From the NCBI GenBank assembly GCA_051294905.1, contig CM119371.1, positions 23,190,001 through 23,254,000 on the forward strand: a DNA stretch of 64,000 bases, given 5' to 3'. The stretch is from Botryllus schlosseri. Taxonomy: Eukaryota. The notes beneath the pieces are model-generated. The model had not been told where the DNA came from and made no database searches. It saw only the letters and a program-made list of their open reading frames with translations. Below are positions 26,881 through 40,641 of the stretch, one piece after another. The first letter of the stretch is position 1. Each line of letters begins with the position of its first letter. The position numbers were made by a program, and so were the translations under genes.

Positions 26881-29829
26881 TTCTAGAATGTTGCGAACTA
26901 TTGCTCACTTTCATAGGGTACCACTTAGTCGCCACGGCCGAGCACTGCAACAAAGAGTAATGTATCTAACGAGTGTTATGTGGGGTGCTTGTGCGTAGGC
27001 CTACTACTAAATTGCTGATTTGCTTCGTTTACATCGATTGGAACGGTGTGAGAAGCAACATAATGTACCATCGAGTACCGTCTACCCGATATGCGTACCC
27101 TATTCTACGCTTATGGTGGAAATCGGCGACATACACGACTTACGTTGACTATACATTGTATTGACTAAAACACACATCATGTGTGGTAGTACCACGTCTG
27201 TATTTCAACACCAACTATATCACAGATAAGGCCCGCATGCTACGCGATTCATCAGTAATAGAGTTCATCTATCCCGCTATCGATCGCTAACCTTCCTATT
27301 CACTCAAATCCGACTCACAAGTGGTAACCTGAACCAAGCCAACGAACTTGCGCTAGTATCGCCCAGACTCCAGCTGACATACGTGTTGGTGTCGGTGCCA
27401 TGAATTCATATACTTGCGGTAACCTTTCCTATCACTACTACCATGTTCCTACTTCGACAATGCGTACAGCTATGTACTGCCATTCGCTACAACTGCTGTA
27501 AAAGAACCGTCTGTTGCGGACATTTTCTTTTGGGCAGCAATGAGTTGGAGGACATTTGCTGATGCTTGTTGATTACGGGGTGAGTCATTATTAGTAAATC
27601 AATGTCTACATTTGCTTGTCGCGCGTCTTTGGCGTACCGTTGCTGTTATTGATCTAACGTTGTTTTGTCGTTCGAGATGCAGGCATATTATTCCCACATC
27701 GTACAGTCTGTACACTGTACAGCAGGGGTGTCAAACTCAACTTGCGTCGCGGGCCGCATTCAACCATCAGGTCGTGCCGGGGCCGCACCAATCAAATAGT
27801 TCTAAAATGTTAAATCGAAATCCATGGCCATGTTTTACACCTAAATACGGTATTATCAAGCATTATTGCAGATCAAAACGGCTTCTAATCTAGCAACACC
27901 GTTAATCACGAACAACGGAATTGGCAACAATACGGCGATTGGCCGGTTGGATACAATTATAAACCGCTATAACAGTGGGTCTAATGGAAATATCAGTTTG
28001 CATATTTCTATGCTTCCTTTGTGTTAGTCTTAATCTGGCATTAGCCCTGCGTATGCGTTGTGCGTAATACAAGAGATTAACCGTAAAGGTGGACGAGTTA
28101 GGCTCATTATCATTAAATCGCGACCACGGATATTTGAATTATATTTTTGCGGAATATTATATTCTCCGTGTATGCTTCAACGGCATCGCACTTGCGGTTT
28201 CGCATCTGTGAATAACTAGTTATGAGTGAATATTTCGATAAAACTCTGAATTCAGTCTACAATTTTTGCCTTCTCGTCAATGTCACCGACACGTCCCTTA
28301 TGATGACTAGAGTGACACGATACTGGATATTTTGTCGCCTATGAACAGAACATGCTCGAAATTTTCTGTCTTGAGGGATTATTTGATGGATGTATTTCAT
28401 ACGCAAAAATCTCCACATTTGTCAGAAATATACTGGATAATACAAACATTTTTCATTTGACCCAGAATTGCTTCTCTGGCCGGATGAAATCGTCCCTTTT
28501 GTAACATATAAACCTGTACGGGTGTTAAATTGGTTATCATTAGGGCGTTTTTTTTTTACCTAAAAAAGTTAATTTTGACCTAAAAAATCAAAATTTTGAC
28601 TTTTTTTGACCTAAAAAAACTTAATTTTGACCAAATTTTGACCTAAGATATGCAAATTAGGTGTTTTCCCACATAATGTTAAAATTGTACCACTTATCTT
28701 CATTTCTGGTTGGAACTGACTGTCCTAACGAAGTAGTTTGGCCTGAAAAAACGTTTTTGGCTTAGAAACAGGCAACTTTTTACATGAAAAAATAAACAAT
28801 ATTTTAACGAAATCTGGCCCTATGAAGAATTCCAGTGGTTACAATATGTATTATGGTAGAAATAATTAAAACATTTTGTAGTACAGCGAGAGATACTTTC
28901 CTACATTCTTGGGTAGAAAGTGCACGTACTGCACGTCCTTACTAAGAAGCTTGCCAAGAACGTTCAACAGCAGCAGTTGTTGGCTGACAACACTCAACTT
29001 GTGCGTACACTGCTGGTGCTGGTGACACACCGTGTAGCTTCATTCTGACAATGTTGTCTACATCACAATTTTTCATCATGCGCTTCTTAATATGAGAATG
29101 ATGCATCGCACAAGAAAACTTTCTTCAGTTAGGATATTGCGGTACGTTGACCATAACACCATGCCTACCTCTTATTTGTTTTATTCGACCGTTTATGATT
29201 CACAATGAGCAGACGATTAGCCGTTTACAACGGTAGGCCTATAAAATAGGCTAAAAGCGGTAAAATATCACATTATAAGTTCACCAATAGTGCAAAATCT
29301 ACGATACAAACAAAATGCAGACCAGACATGGGGTGATTACTTTATGAATGTAATCGATTGCGATTACGATTACTTCGGAATCACGCGATTATGATTACGA
29401 TTACAGCAAAATCAGGAAGTAGTCGATTACGATTACGATTACATTGAAAAAGTAATCACGATTACTCACGATCACATTAGTTTTACTGAGGATTATAATC
29501 TTAAATGATATATGGGAAGACAATACAAGGATTGCGATGAAAAGGCTTAATGAGATATCAACTTTTTTCATACATCATGCGGCATTTGCTTATTACGTCA
29601 TAATATATCAATTGCCCAACTTTATAGTGGATGATTTATCGCACCCCACGATTTGCATTATTGCCAGGTCTTTACCTGCCGCACCCCAAATTCCTTAATA
29701 GAGTGGGGAGCGTGCTCGAAGGGGACTCAAAAGTATTTCGTAAACCAACATATATTATAGAGCATTTTCGAGAATTTAATTAATTCTTGTAAATGTTTTT
29801 CGAGCTTTGCGATTCAAATATCTCTAGTA

Positions 29830-30778
29830 CAGGGCTCACCAACGCGGACCAAATGAGTCGCCCGCGGTCGCTGTAGTAGTGGTGGCTTTTGGGGTGGGCG
29901 AGGTGGGCGGTCGCCAGGGGGGCTGGCCGAAGGGCTCCCCTATTTGGATTATGCGCTTTTTTCAAGGATAATAATGAATAAACATGGAAATCCGTGTAAG
30001 GCAAGAATAGGATTCCGTACAGATGTGTCAATCATCATCAAATCTCTGCATTTGTTAGAAAAGTACCATATCCCGATAATCATCACGTCTCTTCATGCGG
30101 TAGAATTACTTAGTTTTAATGTCGTCTATCTTTGCACACATGAAAAAAAGACGTGGCCGAATCCAGCACCTGGCCAAACCTTGATAGATAGATAATAATA
30201 ACAGATGCGAAAGAGGGGTCTGGGGGGGGGCGAAGCCCCATATAAGTTACAGATAGATACTTAGAGTGGGGCCTCGGTAAGTCTCGCCCAGCCCCCCCCC
30301 CTCCCCCCGTTCGTATGGCCACCACTGAGCTGTAGCAAATATCCAAATGAGAGATTTGATAGTTGAAGCTCGTTTCATATCAGCAGCATTTGAACATGGG
30401 TCGGCCGACGCCAAGGAACATACGAACATACGAATGCCGTCGCTCGGGGCATTGCTTGTCTTCGCCCACGTGGCGGCTCAACGGAAATCTATAGTTAATA
30501 TTCCCGAGTCTAGACGCGGAGATCGGCGATTCTGCGCGCACTGCAGCAACGCAACTGAGCTTGGAGGAGCTGGTGTGAGTCCCTGCGAGTGAGCGTTTTT
30601 TTCTTGGTAAGGGGCGGAAACCCGGCCCAGTGCTCTGATTGTCTTACTCTAAGTGAAGAAATCCAACTTAACATGGATAAACGACGGGAGTACGTGGTAA
30701 CCCGTCGGTCGTCGCAATAATCAGTACACACTACACAAGAAGTAGTTTTTTTTGTTTCAAAACAGTTGGTGACCCCTG
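29830..30778. mobile_element. hAT (Buster-type) MITE, nested
   Basis: CAGGGCTCACCAAC..GTTGGTGACCCCTG termini; TSD CTCTAGTA/CTCCAGTA (7/8). Confidence 0.85.
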
Positions 30779-31921
30779 CTCCAGTAGATAGCTGGGTTTG
30801 AAATGCATGCCTCTTCCCGTCAAGACAAAACATACATAGGCTATATTTTATGGGAACAGGCATTTCGTAGCCGGTCATTACCGCGCCACGATCCCACAAC
30901 ACACCAAAACACATATGCAGTTTCGGCCAACACGCAACTCCACGGGATGTGATACCAAAGAAATACCTTGGCCGAAACTTAGGATATTCGTCCATTGTCA
31001 ATAGCCGCGCTGAGTGGGCGGGACTAATAACTCCTGCCCTTCCAATCTGGGCCCACAATGCAAATATCACCCAGCGCATCCACAAAGGAATAAAGCCATG
31101 GCAATTTGTGTGTGCGTTTCACAAAAGATATTCTTTTAGTCTGCTACGTTTGGGCGAGTACAATATCTTGTGATTATACAACGGACTGGAGGTCGCGAAT
31201 TAACAACATACAGTAATTATAACAACATACCAGATGCTATGAATATGAATTACGTGCCCCAGCTTTACAGGTAAATCTGACACTCGGGGCTCAGAGAGGT
31301 TACAAATGAATAGTAATATAATGCAATTACCAATATTATTGACGAAATTCACTTTTGAAAATTGACCAACGGTTGGACAGGGGAATTGCTGTTTTGGCTG
31401 AATTGCTGATTCTAGCTACAACCCACGCTAACTTGTCAGGCTATATAAGCGGATGGTAATGGCGGCAGGTTCAAATGCTAAGTAACGAACTGTGAAATAA
31501 CGATTGACGCCCGTTTCAAGTAGTTATATGAGAATAAGATATGGTTACCATAAAAATTCTGCCTTCAACTTAATACATATTATACAGCGAGCTGCTGTTA
31601 CGAGAAACGGCTAAGCACGGCTCGGTTATGATATATATCAGCAGCTGTTTATTTGTAATGCTTCGTTGTGGAAACTGCAATATCTTATTCGACGAGTACA
31701 AAATTCCGAATCTTCGTCAGGTGCACGGCACGTGCGTACGTAGGCCTCCTGCTCGCCAAGCAGCAATGGTAAACTGCGTTTAACTAAGCACAACCAAACA
31801 TTAATACATAAGTTACTATTTGAAACTATAGGCAGAGTGGTGATCAATATCCTACTGCGAGGTAGCGGCTTCTGTAGTGTATTGATAACCTGATATACAC
31901 CACGGGAGGTGTTCTTACAAT

Positions 31922-33719
31922 CAGGGCATGGTATGGTATGGTATGGAACGACAATTTTACATACTCCATACTTGTCTTACTCTCTCCATACCATACTTGC
32001 AATTTTCCATACCATACCAACATTGTTCCATACCACACTTGATACATATTCCATACTTTCAAATACTTCAATATCATAAGTATAGTACCTTTTCTAGCAC
32101 CTATATTATTGATGTTTCGGATGTCATTTTTGCTTAAACTAGCCATGATGCAAATCTAATTCCTGGTGATAGTTTTACAGAGTCTGTTTTGGTGAGGTTT
32201 AGTTCACGGTGGAGAGGTGCCGTGTACGTCTTCTCTGCAGCTTCCGCGAGCAAAATGAGATAGTCAGCAGATTGTTATCTAGGACAGTCCATAATAGGGA
32301 CGGGTAACATACGTCACGCGGGCCAGATGCGGCCCGCGACGAGATTTTGTCCGGCTCGCGGACAGTTTGCCGTCTTACATGATAATGTGGCCCGCGGCGC
32401 CAGTCTGCCGATATTCCCCACAACTTGCCAAAACGTCAAATTTTAGTGACTGTATGTTATTATACAGGTGTGCGCACTGCGCAGCGTACGAGAGTGGAGC
32501 TTACGCGTAAGTTCGTCGAAGCGAGAAGACTTGTATTATCGGCATTTACGATGTACTCAACCCTAATGAATTGAAATCTTGGTAAATTTTGGGTACCGGG
32601 CTTATCAAACGCTTTGAAATCTTAATTTAGGATTGCACCGTGATTTAGTTGATCAGAGAGAAGCAGACATGGCGGCGCCTGTATGACAATGCTGTTCTCA
32701 AATCCACATTGCATTGTCATTATCGGCGAGAAATGGCTCTGAAGTGACATATTGCTGTCGATAAAATTTATTCATTAAATACGATTTATTCCTTGTATAT
32801 ATGCGCGAATAATGTATCCATTCAGCAATCCGGCCCGCCAAGTACTTAATTTTCCTATATCCGGCCCGCTAACTGGAAAAGTTACCCGCCCTTGCTGCAT
32901 AAGAATATCATCGCATTTCCGGTACATCAGCATGAGACACATGCAAGTTTGAAGTAAATACTCGCCAAATAATCTATAATATAGGCGCACCCATAAAATA
33001 TCCCAGCTACAGCCGATCAATACTGCAGCGATCTGCGTGATTATTAGTACAGTATTTGGTTGAGGTTAGCGTGGCGAGAATTTCAAACTATATCTACCTC
33101 ACTCTCTGATCTATAATCCTAATGTGAGATCGTTTGAAATGTGACCAATAAGATATCTCGATATGTAAATAGTATAAATGTGCGGACAATATTTCAGAAG
33201 AAATGTAATTATGAATCACATTGAGCAATTAGTATCATGCATGCATCATGATTGCTTGTAAGCTGTCGTCACTCAAGGAATGAGGTAGTTGGAGTAGCTC
33301 GCATTACCAATTATTGCGTCACACGATACACTCTGCTCGGTGACGTCGTGTCTGAATATCGGATCAACATTACTGTTTTCATTATTACATCACAAAATCA
33401 TGTCATTCCAAGTGCTCCTAAAACCGTTGCGCAAGCGTGTATTTGTTCCTACACAGCATTCAATAGTTCACGTTCACACATAACAAAAGCGACCGTATTC
33501 CGTGGACAGCGATCAACGTACGCTTCGCTTCATGAAGCTTGCACAGATCACAATAAAATGTATGGAACACCTAAGTATGGAAGTATGGAAATGTCGTTCC
33601 ATACCATAGATTAAAATCTTCCATTCCATACCATACTTGCATTGTTCCATATTCCATACCAAAATATCGATCCATACCATACCATACTTCCATACCATAC
33701 CATACCATACCATGCCCTG
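31922..33719. mobile_element. Non-autonomous hAT element with (CCATA)n subterminal arrays, nested
   Basis: CAGGGCATGGTATGG..CCATACCATGCCCTG termini; perfect TSD CTTACAAT. Confidence 0.9.
32295..32894. mobile_element. hAT MITE; innermost layer of the nest
   Basis: TAGGGACGGGTAAC..GTTACCCGCCCTTG termini; GCGGCCCGC subterminal motifs; flanks GTCCATAA/CTGCATAA (6/8). Confidence 0.7.
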
Positions 33720-34304
33720 CTTACAATCACACTACAATATCCATCGCATGTCTGTTTACTATGTGTGGATACTTGTTACGCAATGACGAGCAGAGCTAAT
33801 ACTTCTGACGTAATAATGAGTTAGTGGCGTTTGAAAACAGACGTTTGTGCTATCGCTAACGTGGTATATTATCTCATTCTTGTTCACGAATATTCAGTTT
33901 ATGTCACAGTCCTTGTACAAACAAAAAGTAATCGTTCTTTCACAAACAAATCGATTAGATATGGGAAGTAGTCGATTACGATTACTAATCGCGATTACCC
34001 CATGTCTGATGCAGACGTCAAAAAATTTTTGACTTTGTGAAAAAATTTGACAAATTTTGACCTCACGCTACAATTTTGACAATATTTTGACATGTCAAAA
34101 AAAACCGCCCTAGTTATCATATTCCTATATTCCGATGCTTTGAAGTTTAAACCTTGGGAGCATCTGCCAGTACTTTATTCAGGCATCCATGCGCTGCAAT
34201 GTAAAGCGCAGCATACTCGGCCCCGTGCTTATCACGTGCCCTCGGCTACATAATGTATTTCATTAAAAGCATTAGAAATTTGAGTTACGGCACATAGTTT
34301 AGGG

Positions 34305-36730
34305 CAGGGCCGGCCAAACTTTTCTGCCAAAGGGCCACATGAAATTTGCGAACTATTGCGCGGGCCACTTGAATGTTGATGTCCTTTTTTTAATCGTCCA
34401 ATTGGAGAGAACCAGATTACGTGACGGTAAAAATAGGACTTATATTACTACTATGCAGAAAAATCAAAAACAATTATGCCATGAAAACTCCTAGCCACGC
34501 AAAGCGCGAAATTTTTCCAAAGTTAATGAATGAATTCGGTCAAAAATAATGTTAGTTGCATATATTGTAGGTCGCCTCTGTATACCGCTTGGCTCATTTG
34601 GCCAGACGTGATTAATCGGCTTCTGCACATATCAATATTGAAGGTTTCCGTGAACATGAGTCTTATCATTTTGTGCAAAGAAGTCATCGCCGACGATCTT
34701 CCTGCGAGTGCAGACGCGATGTCGGATATTGTATACGACACGCTCCATCGTAATTCCTACTATAGTTAGGCTCCATTCCGTATATTGGGCGTAGGGGGAG
34801 ATGTGGTACCTATGAGACACTGGAACCGAAAATACTTGGAAACTTCTCAATCATAATCCCATGATTACACTCCGTTAAGTTGTTTACATTTTCATGCTGT
34901 CAGAATCTTTCCTCACATCCAAATAACTTCGACCTGCGAGAGTTATTGGGTCTGTGACAGATGCTTCCTGTTTTGGGGGGCGTAAAATAAATTTCGATTG
35001 ACGTATACATTTTTCTCTGTAACCTTCAACACGAACAAGCCAACAATCCTTTTTAATATGAAGTGTCGGGCTTGTATCAGGCTCTATAACGGAACATATT
35101 TTTTTCTATTCAATACCATCCCCGTGTGGACTTTTTCATTTCAAATACAAAATTTGTAGCGTGGGGGCCAGGGCTGTTCAAAAATAACTATTTATTCCGG
35201 ATTCCAGCCATTCACTGATTAAATTGTCAGGTTACCATAACAAAGCCTGCATACCAAATTTGGTTCAATTCTAACAAGTCTAAGCTTCCGCAGAGCAAAT
35301 TAAATTTTTTAATTTATTACGTGAAATTAAAAAAAAAATCAAATTTTATTGTCAACCCCATGAAATTGTCGAGTTGTCTTCACAAAGGATGCAAAACAAA
35401 TTTGGCTCGATTCCAACCCGTACAGGCGGAGTTATTCGAGTTTTTCGTTGATAAACCTCGGATTATCGCCGATCAAGGATAATCCGAGGATTATCAACGA
35501 AAAACTCAAATAACTCCGATTCTACTTGTTGGAATTGAGTCAAATTTGTTTTGCATGGTCTCTGAAGACAGCTCAACAATTTCATGGGGATGACGGAAAA
35601 ATTTGATTTTTTTTTTTAATTTTTCATTATAAATTAAAATTTTTAATTGGATCTGCGGAGCCTTATACTTGTTAGAATTGAACCAAATTTGGTATGCCGG
35701 CTTGGCGCAGAGTTTTCTAGGGTAACCTGACAATTTAATGCCTGAATGGCTGGAATCCAGAAGAAAAAGTTATTTTTGAACAGCCCTAGTGGGGGCCCAT
35801 GATAATCAGAGCCAAACTTAGCAAAATAGTTGGACTAACTAATCATGCAACGACAGAAATACGCCTACATGCAGACCGTCTGTATGCCATTAATCCATGT
35901 GATGTCGATTTACGGGCACTATGTATGTACCCTCAAACGTGTAAGTTTGAGTTTTATTCGAAACGTCATTTTATCACAATATTTAGGTTCATATGTATTC
36001 TAAATTTCTATGGTGGCGACCAAACATTGCTCTTTGTCTCGGTGTATCATGGATTTTAGAGTAGGCCTACACAGCAAGAACAGTTGGAATATCTGAATAT
36101 TTGAGCGTATGTTTTATAGGTCGCCCAGGTCGTGGGCCTTGGACCCACCCGGTGGGGACCGATGATACGTCCGAGCAACAAATTTTGAACGTTCATAAAT
36201 ATTTTTGAAAATGCGGATATTCATGTATACATCCTTGGAATAAAGTGTTGAGCCAGCAAAACAACTGCTGTCATCGGCGAAACAGTTAGGGCCAGAGATC
36301 AGTTTGTAATTTTTGATCCATCGGAACCACATCTCCCCTATTTACAGTTTTATATTTTCATGATGAGGCACCAATACTAAAAGCAAGAAATCAATTGACA
36401 ATAAATCGCGCGAAGTGCTTAGGAAAATATTAATTATCAAGTCAAATAAATCCACCACGAAATATTCTACTTTGCGGTCATATACGAAGCTATATGAAAA
36501 ATCCGGATGACATCTTGCTACGCCAATGCGTCGGAACTGATATTTTATTCCTCAACATCTCAAAGTTCGCGGTCAGGATAATCAAATTTTCGGTTGGTTT
36601 TGCAAGTTCATAATAAATTACCTGTTTTTTTTACAATATAACTAATTTTGAGAGTTACAATGCGGGCCACTCAAAACCTTCTCGCGGGCCACATTTGGCC
36701 CGTGGGCCATGGATGGGTTGACCGCCCCTG
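34305..36730. mobile_element. hAT (Buster-type) non-autonomous element
   Basis: CAGGGCCGGCCAAAC..GTTGACCGCCCCTG termini; perfect TSD GTTTAGGG (34297-34304, 36731-36738). Confidence 0.85.
35169..35788. mobile_element. Foldback (fully palindromic) MITE, copy 1
   Basis: ~300-bp inverted arms around a short spacer; termini CAGGGCTGTTCAAAAATAAC..GTTATTTTTGAACAGCCCTA; perfect TSD GTGGGGGC. Confidence 0.92.
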
Positions 36731-38744
36731 GTTTAGGGTTACCATACGTCCTCATTTGGGAGGATTTGTCCTCCTATTTCATGAAATCGTAAATTACCTC
36801 ACAAGACGCTTAAATCTCCTCCTTGATACCTTTGAACGCTAGGCTAATAGACAGGGATAGTAAGCAAAGTAATGAAATCAGGTAATAACGTGGATTCCAT
36901 AGCTTTTCAGCTACGAATCAAGAGTCTAATGTTAGTCTACCGGACTCTGAGCTAGAGGTCGCTATACGGCCAATTTATTCGAGTAGTAATCCTGATTAAA
37001 TGTCTGTGTCACATATGAAACGGCATCATACCAATGTAAAAGGCAGCATGTAGACGCGACTGGTTAGTCACCACGAAAGGTGTTGTCAAAAGTCAAAGAG
37101 TGGAGGTCAATAAGTTTTATTGCTCGAGACACACCCTATCGGCTATGTCTTTTTTTTTTGCATTTCCACCATTCCAATTTACGTATATTCGAAATAAAAG
37201 ACGGGAGTCGTGTGGTTTGACGATGCGACTCGAGTCACTGAGCAGTGATCAGCAACTGTAAATGAGTGATAATCTTTAGAACCCTTGTTTCGAAAAAAGT
37301 TAGGACAGTTGCGTTGATTGCCTACTTTAAATGAATTCGGTATTGACACACCGGAGTCAGTAATAGCATCTTGACATTGTTACGATTATGTGACATCGTC
37401 GTAGGATCAATAAAACGATAGACGTCTTCAACTACATTGCAGCAGCCACGATATCGAAAACAGCTACTTCGAATTCCTTGACATATGATACACACGTCCA
37501 ACAATTACATCCTAATCCAAACAGTCCGCAACACTTTCGGCGTTTTATGAACGAATTATTATGATACCATACTACTTTATTTTTTTGTGTTACTATACCT
37601 AATACAACAGCAAACCTTGTTGCACAGGTAGTAAGTAACCAGTTCCTTTTTCTCTTTCTGAATACTCAAGTTGAGTACTTATTCGAATTCTTCCATTTTT
37701 GCTCAGCAATTTCTTGGCAAAGATACGTATAAGTAAGAAGATAATTTCGTTTGCACCACATTTACGACTGGAATTTTTACAAGAATTGCGTGAAATTGCC
37801 GCCGTGTCAGTGCCCCCCAGTGATTCTCAAATTGGTTGGCGTACCCCTTTGGGGAGCGTAAAAGCATCTGAAGGGCGCGCGAAGCCGCATTCAACTGAAT
37901 TGTCTTTTTCGCGCCCCGAGCGATATACCCCTATTCATGGTTATTGCTCTGTGTATAGTCCGAATTTCATATTTTGAGAATTCTTCCTGAAACAGTCATA
38001 ACCTCCATGCCACGAAACTATCCGCTGGGTATGCTAGCATGCCGGTAGCATTTTCTGATATGAGGATTAGGGAAGCGCGATTTTTTCACTCTCATAGAGG
38101 GGGCGTGTTTAAAAAAGTTTCAGAGCCACTTGCGTAACTATGAATATATGTTAGAAGATTTTACATATATTTGTACTGCCATTAGTCATTTATCATTAGT
38201 CCCAAATCTTTAAATTTCGGAAGTAACCACCTCCAAATAATGGTTGAAAGTATGAGATTCCTCGACCAAATCTATACTTAGAGAGCACTTGAATGGTTCA
38301 TCTATTTTCGACACAATATCTGTAACCGAGTTGAAATTTATGAGCACCAATGGTGACTATATTTACACAATTTCCCAATGACGGATATGTGGAGCATGTG
38401 GCAGTATCGCATATTTATAGGTGATGTAGTAGCCATATTGTATACATTATGTAAAACAATTCACGTCAAATCATAGACCGCATTGGATTCCTACGGCATA
38501 ATGTATAGGCGTATTACATATCTGTATTATAGTATGCGCTCGATACACATACCTTGCTAACTATGAATTTATTCTAAATTTTGGATTTCACATGTCTCGG
38601 TCGTGTCTCGGAGAGCTGATCCATCATGTAACGATGTTAGACGATGCATATAAATTCATTTTATTTACTAGACTTGCACGAATAATAGCGAAAAAGTTAC
38701 CACAGACATTTATATAATTTTTCAACAGCGAAGACATGACATGA

Positions 38745-39722
38745 TTACGCGGCAAAGTACCGAGCACGACGACATCGTACTCCGTGGATAGAAACGGCCA
38801 CCAACAAATGACTAATACCGACGAAATTAATGAGTTGTATTTTCTCATTGCTGATAAAGCATTCGGGAATATATTCGAAATACGCGTCATCCCAAAATAT
38901 GATCGAGAGGAAGGCTTGCAGGAGCTGATCTATCGCGAAATAGCACAATTTGTATATGGAAGCTTCAGTACCGTCGTACGGCAACAACGGCGTAAAAATA
39001 TAGTACCATGCTAACAGTCTGATGCTTGAACACTTTTGAAACCACCGCGCGAAGGAGTCTCGACTATCGTTCTTTTTATGACAGACAAGTGTCAGCAAAC
39101 GCACAAACCAATGTCCTGCTATAAATGCAAAAGTCCACATTCCCATAACATACGCTACTTGCATTAAGAACGCCATTTTTGCTGCGAACAACGCAGCCCT
39201 GCACGAACAGGAGAAATAAAATTCTCGGAATGAACTAGGGATGTCTCTGTATTTTAGATATACTACATGCGGCAAATGCAACCCGACCATTATTGACATG
39301 CTGAATACTACAATGGGTTGGTAAAATTTGAATTTGTCTACGTCAACCTGCTCGGTATCGGGTATTTGTGTATACAGATGAAGACATAGTTGGGGAATTG
39401 ACTGAAAAATAGTTTGGAGCAGTTTCGCGACCACATAACATTCGGCTACCTCCTCTCTCCATTGCAAGACATCTTTCGTGCAATACCGCACCGCAAAAGA
39501 ATAGAATGCCAGCCATATAGTCACTACAAAACCGAACAGCATACTAAGCATAATGAGAAGAGGAATCAAAACTCCCTTCGACAAGGTAGCGTCCTGCCAG
39601 TAGGCTACAGTCGTATACGCTGATGTCACACAGTTCATCAGCATCAAGACGTTGATCGCTTCATAGTCCATTTTATTCCAGCAGTAACCACAGATTGCGG
39701 AGGATATTCTCGCGAACATCAT
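38745..39722 (-). CDS. Divergent XK-related multi-pass membrane protein, paralogue 2 (325 aa)
   Basis: Uninterrupted ORF. Motifs AKLLQTIFQSIPQLCLHLY, RAALFAAKMAF, FIAGHWFVR and YYIFTPLLPYDG are colinear with paralogues 3 and 4. First ATG is 39722 (the ORF track starts at an upstream GTG). AATAAA on the minus strand at 38660-38665. Confidence 0.78.
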   Translation of the reverse strand: MMFARISSAICGYCWNKMDYEAINVLMLMNCVTSAYTTVAYWQDATLSKGVLIPLLIMLSMLFGFVVTIWLAFYSFAVRYCTKDVLQWREEVAECYVVAKLLQTIFQSIPQLCLHLYTQIPDTEQVDVDKFKFYQPIVVFSMSIMVGLHLPHVVYLKYRDIPSSFREFYFSCSCRAALFAAKMAFLMQVAYVMGMWTFAFIAGHWFVRLLTLVCHKKNDSRDSFARWFQKCSSIRLLAWYYIFTPLLPYDGTEASIYKLCYFAIDQLLQAFLSIIFWDDAYFEYIPECFISNEKIQLINFVGISHLLVAVSIHGVRCRRARYFAA

Positions 39723-40641
39723 GCCGAGCAATATAGCTGTCTTCACAGACGGGTCTGAGATTATTGTAAATATTTAAAATTAAAAGCAATATATAAGGGG
39801 ATCTGTTAAGGAGCACAGCAGCGTTGGAAGATAAATTGAAACGAACTAGAAATTGTCAGTTTATCGGCACAATATCCAGATACTTATGAGAAGACACTTT
39901 TCGGGCTACAGGACATAATGATACATTTTAATATATTGCGGGCTATGCAGCTTCAATAAAATGTGAATGTCGATGCTAACTCTTGGTTTACAACGCGACG
40001 AAAAATTTATTGGTACATTCCATTATGAATTGAAAATAATCCGTTGGATCACGGAGTCATGGAGCGATCCGTGTGTCGCCTAGGCTTTCACCCGCAGTTT
40101 TTTCTGTCAACACGAAATGCGCGTGATTTATGCGGATTCATGGTACCCTCTCTCTTTCATTCACGGATATCAAATTGTCAACAATTGGGAAATTGAAGAT
40201 AAAGCTGTCGGTATATCAATTCGACCGGGCCCTATTGCTAAAAGACGCAATCCCAGTTCGAAATGCACGGTCAAAATACAATAGGCTGTGATGACATTGG
40301 GGATCGGATGTGCAGTATAACATGGCTCGATGTTGCGATAAAGTAATAATTTCACGTCTCCTTTGAATAGAGTGACTGGACCACTAACTATTTTGGCATG
40401 CATGAAAATATGCGAGATATAAGTCCATTTAAAATATGATTTTCTATAAGTGTATAACATAGCAACAATACGAATCCCACTTCAGACGTGGGAAATAGTA
40501 AGAAGTGCGGTAAATTGGCTTGAACATGCATAACACGGTGGAATACTGTATGGTAAAACTCCGCTCCGTGCAACATCGGTTGTGACGAACCACAAATCTC
40601 CTAAATCATAGCAATAGCACGACCCAGTGACGCGTGGTCAG

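Larger units (their letters stand above)
29323..34008 (-). mobile_element. Non-autonomous hAT element (CAGACATGGGG TIR), copy 2, inverted relative to 13748-18193
   Basis: Same TIRs as copy 1; perfect TSD ATGCAGAC (29315-29322, 34009-34016); internal sequence is the reverse complement of copy 1. Confidence 0.9.
28541..34112. mobile_element. Non-autonomous hAT element (TAGGGCG TIR, TTTTGAC repeats); outermost layer of a four-deep nest
   Basis: TAGGGCGTTTTTT..AAAAAACCGCCCTA termini; perfect TSD GTTATCAT (28533-28540, 34113-34120). Minus-strand remnant CCQPTTAAVERS../KLLSKD..NVGKYLSLYY at ~28875-29040. Part of it is repeated at ~45410-45650. Confidence 0.88.

Noticed and set aside
30510..31085. 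191-aa minus-strand ORF
   Set aside because: It crosses the MITE boundary at 30778, and the sister element (~17480-17700) does not preserve the frame. Chance ORF.
31844..33824. Short Trp/Tyr/His-rich ORFs (MVWYGM.., YHTIPYH..)
   Set aside because: They are translations of (CCATA)n transposon arrays.
39330..39365. Acidic loop (QVDVD, QIDVD, EEEVD) in paralogues 2-4 as caspase sites
   Set aside because: The loop follows the PQL helix (TM3) and should be extracellular under Xkr topology, so it would not be accessible to caspases.
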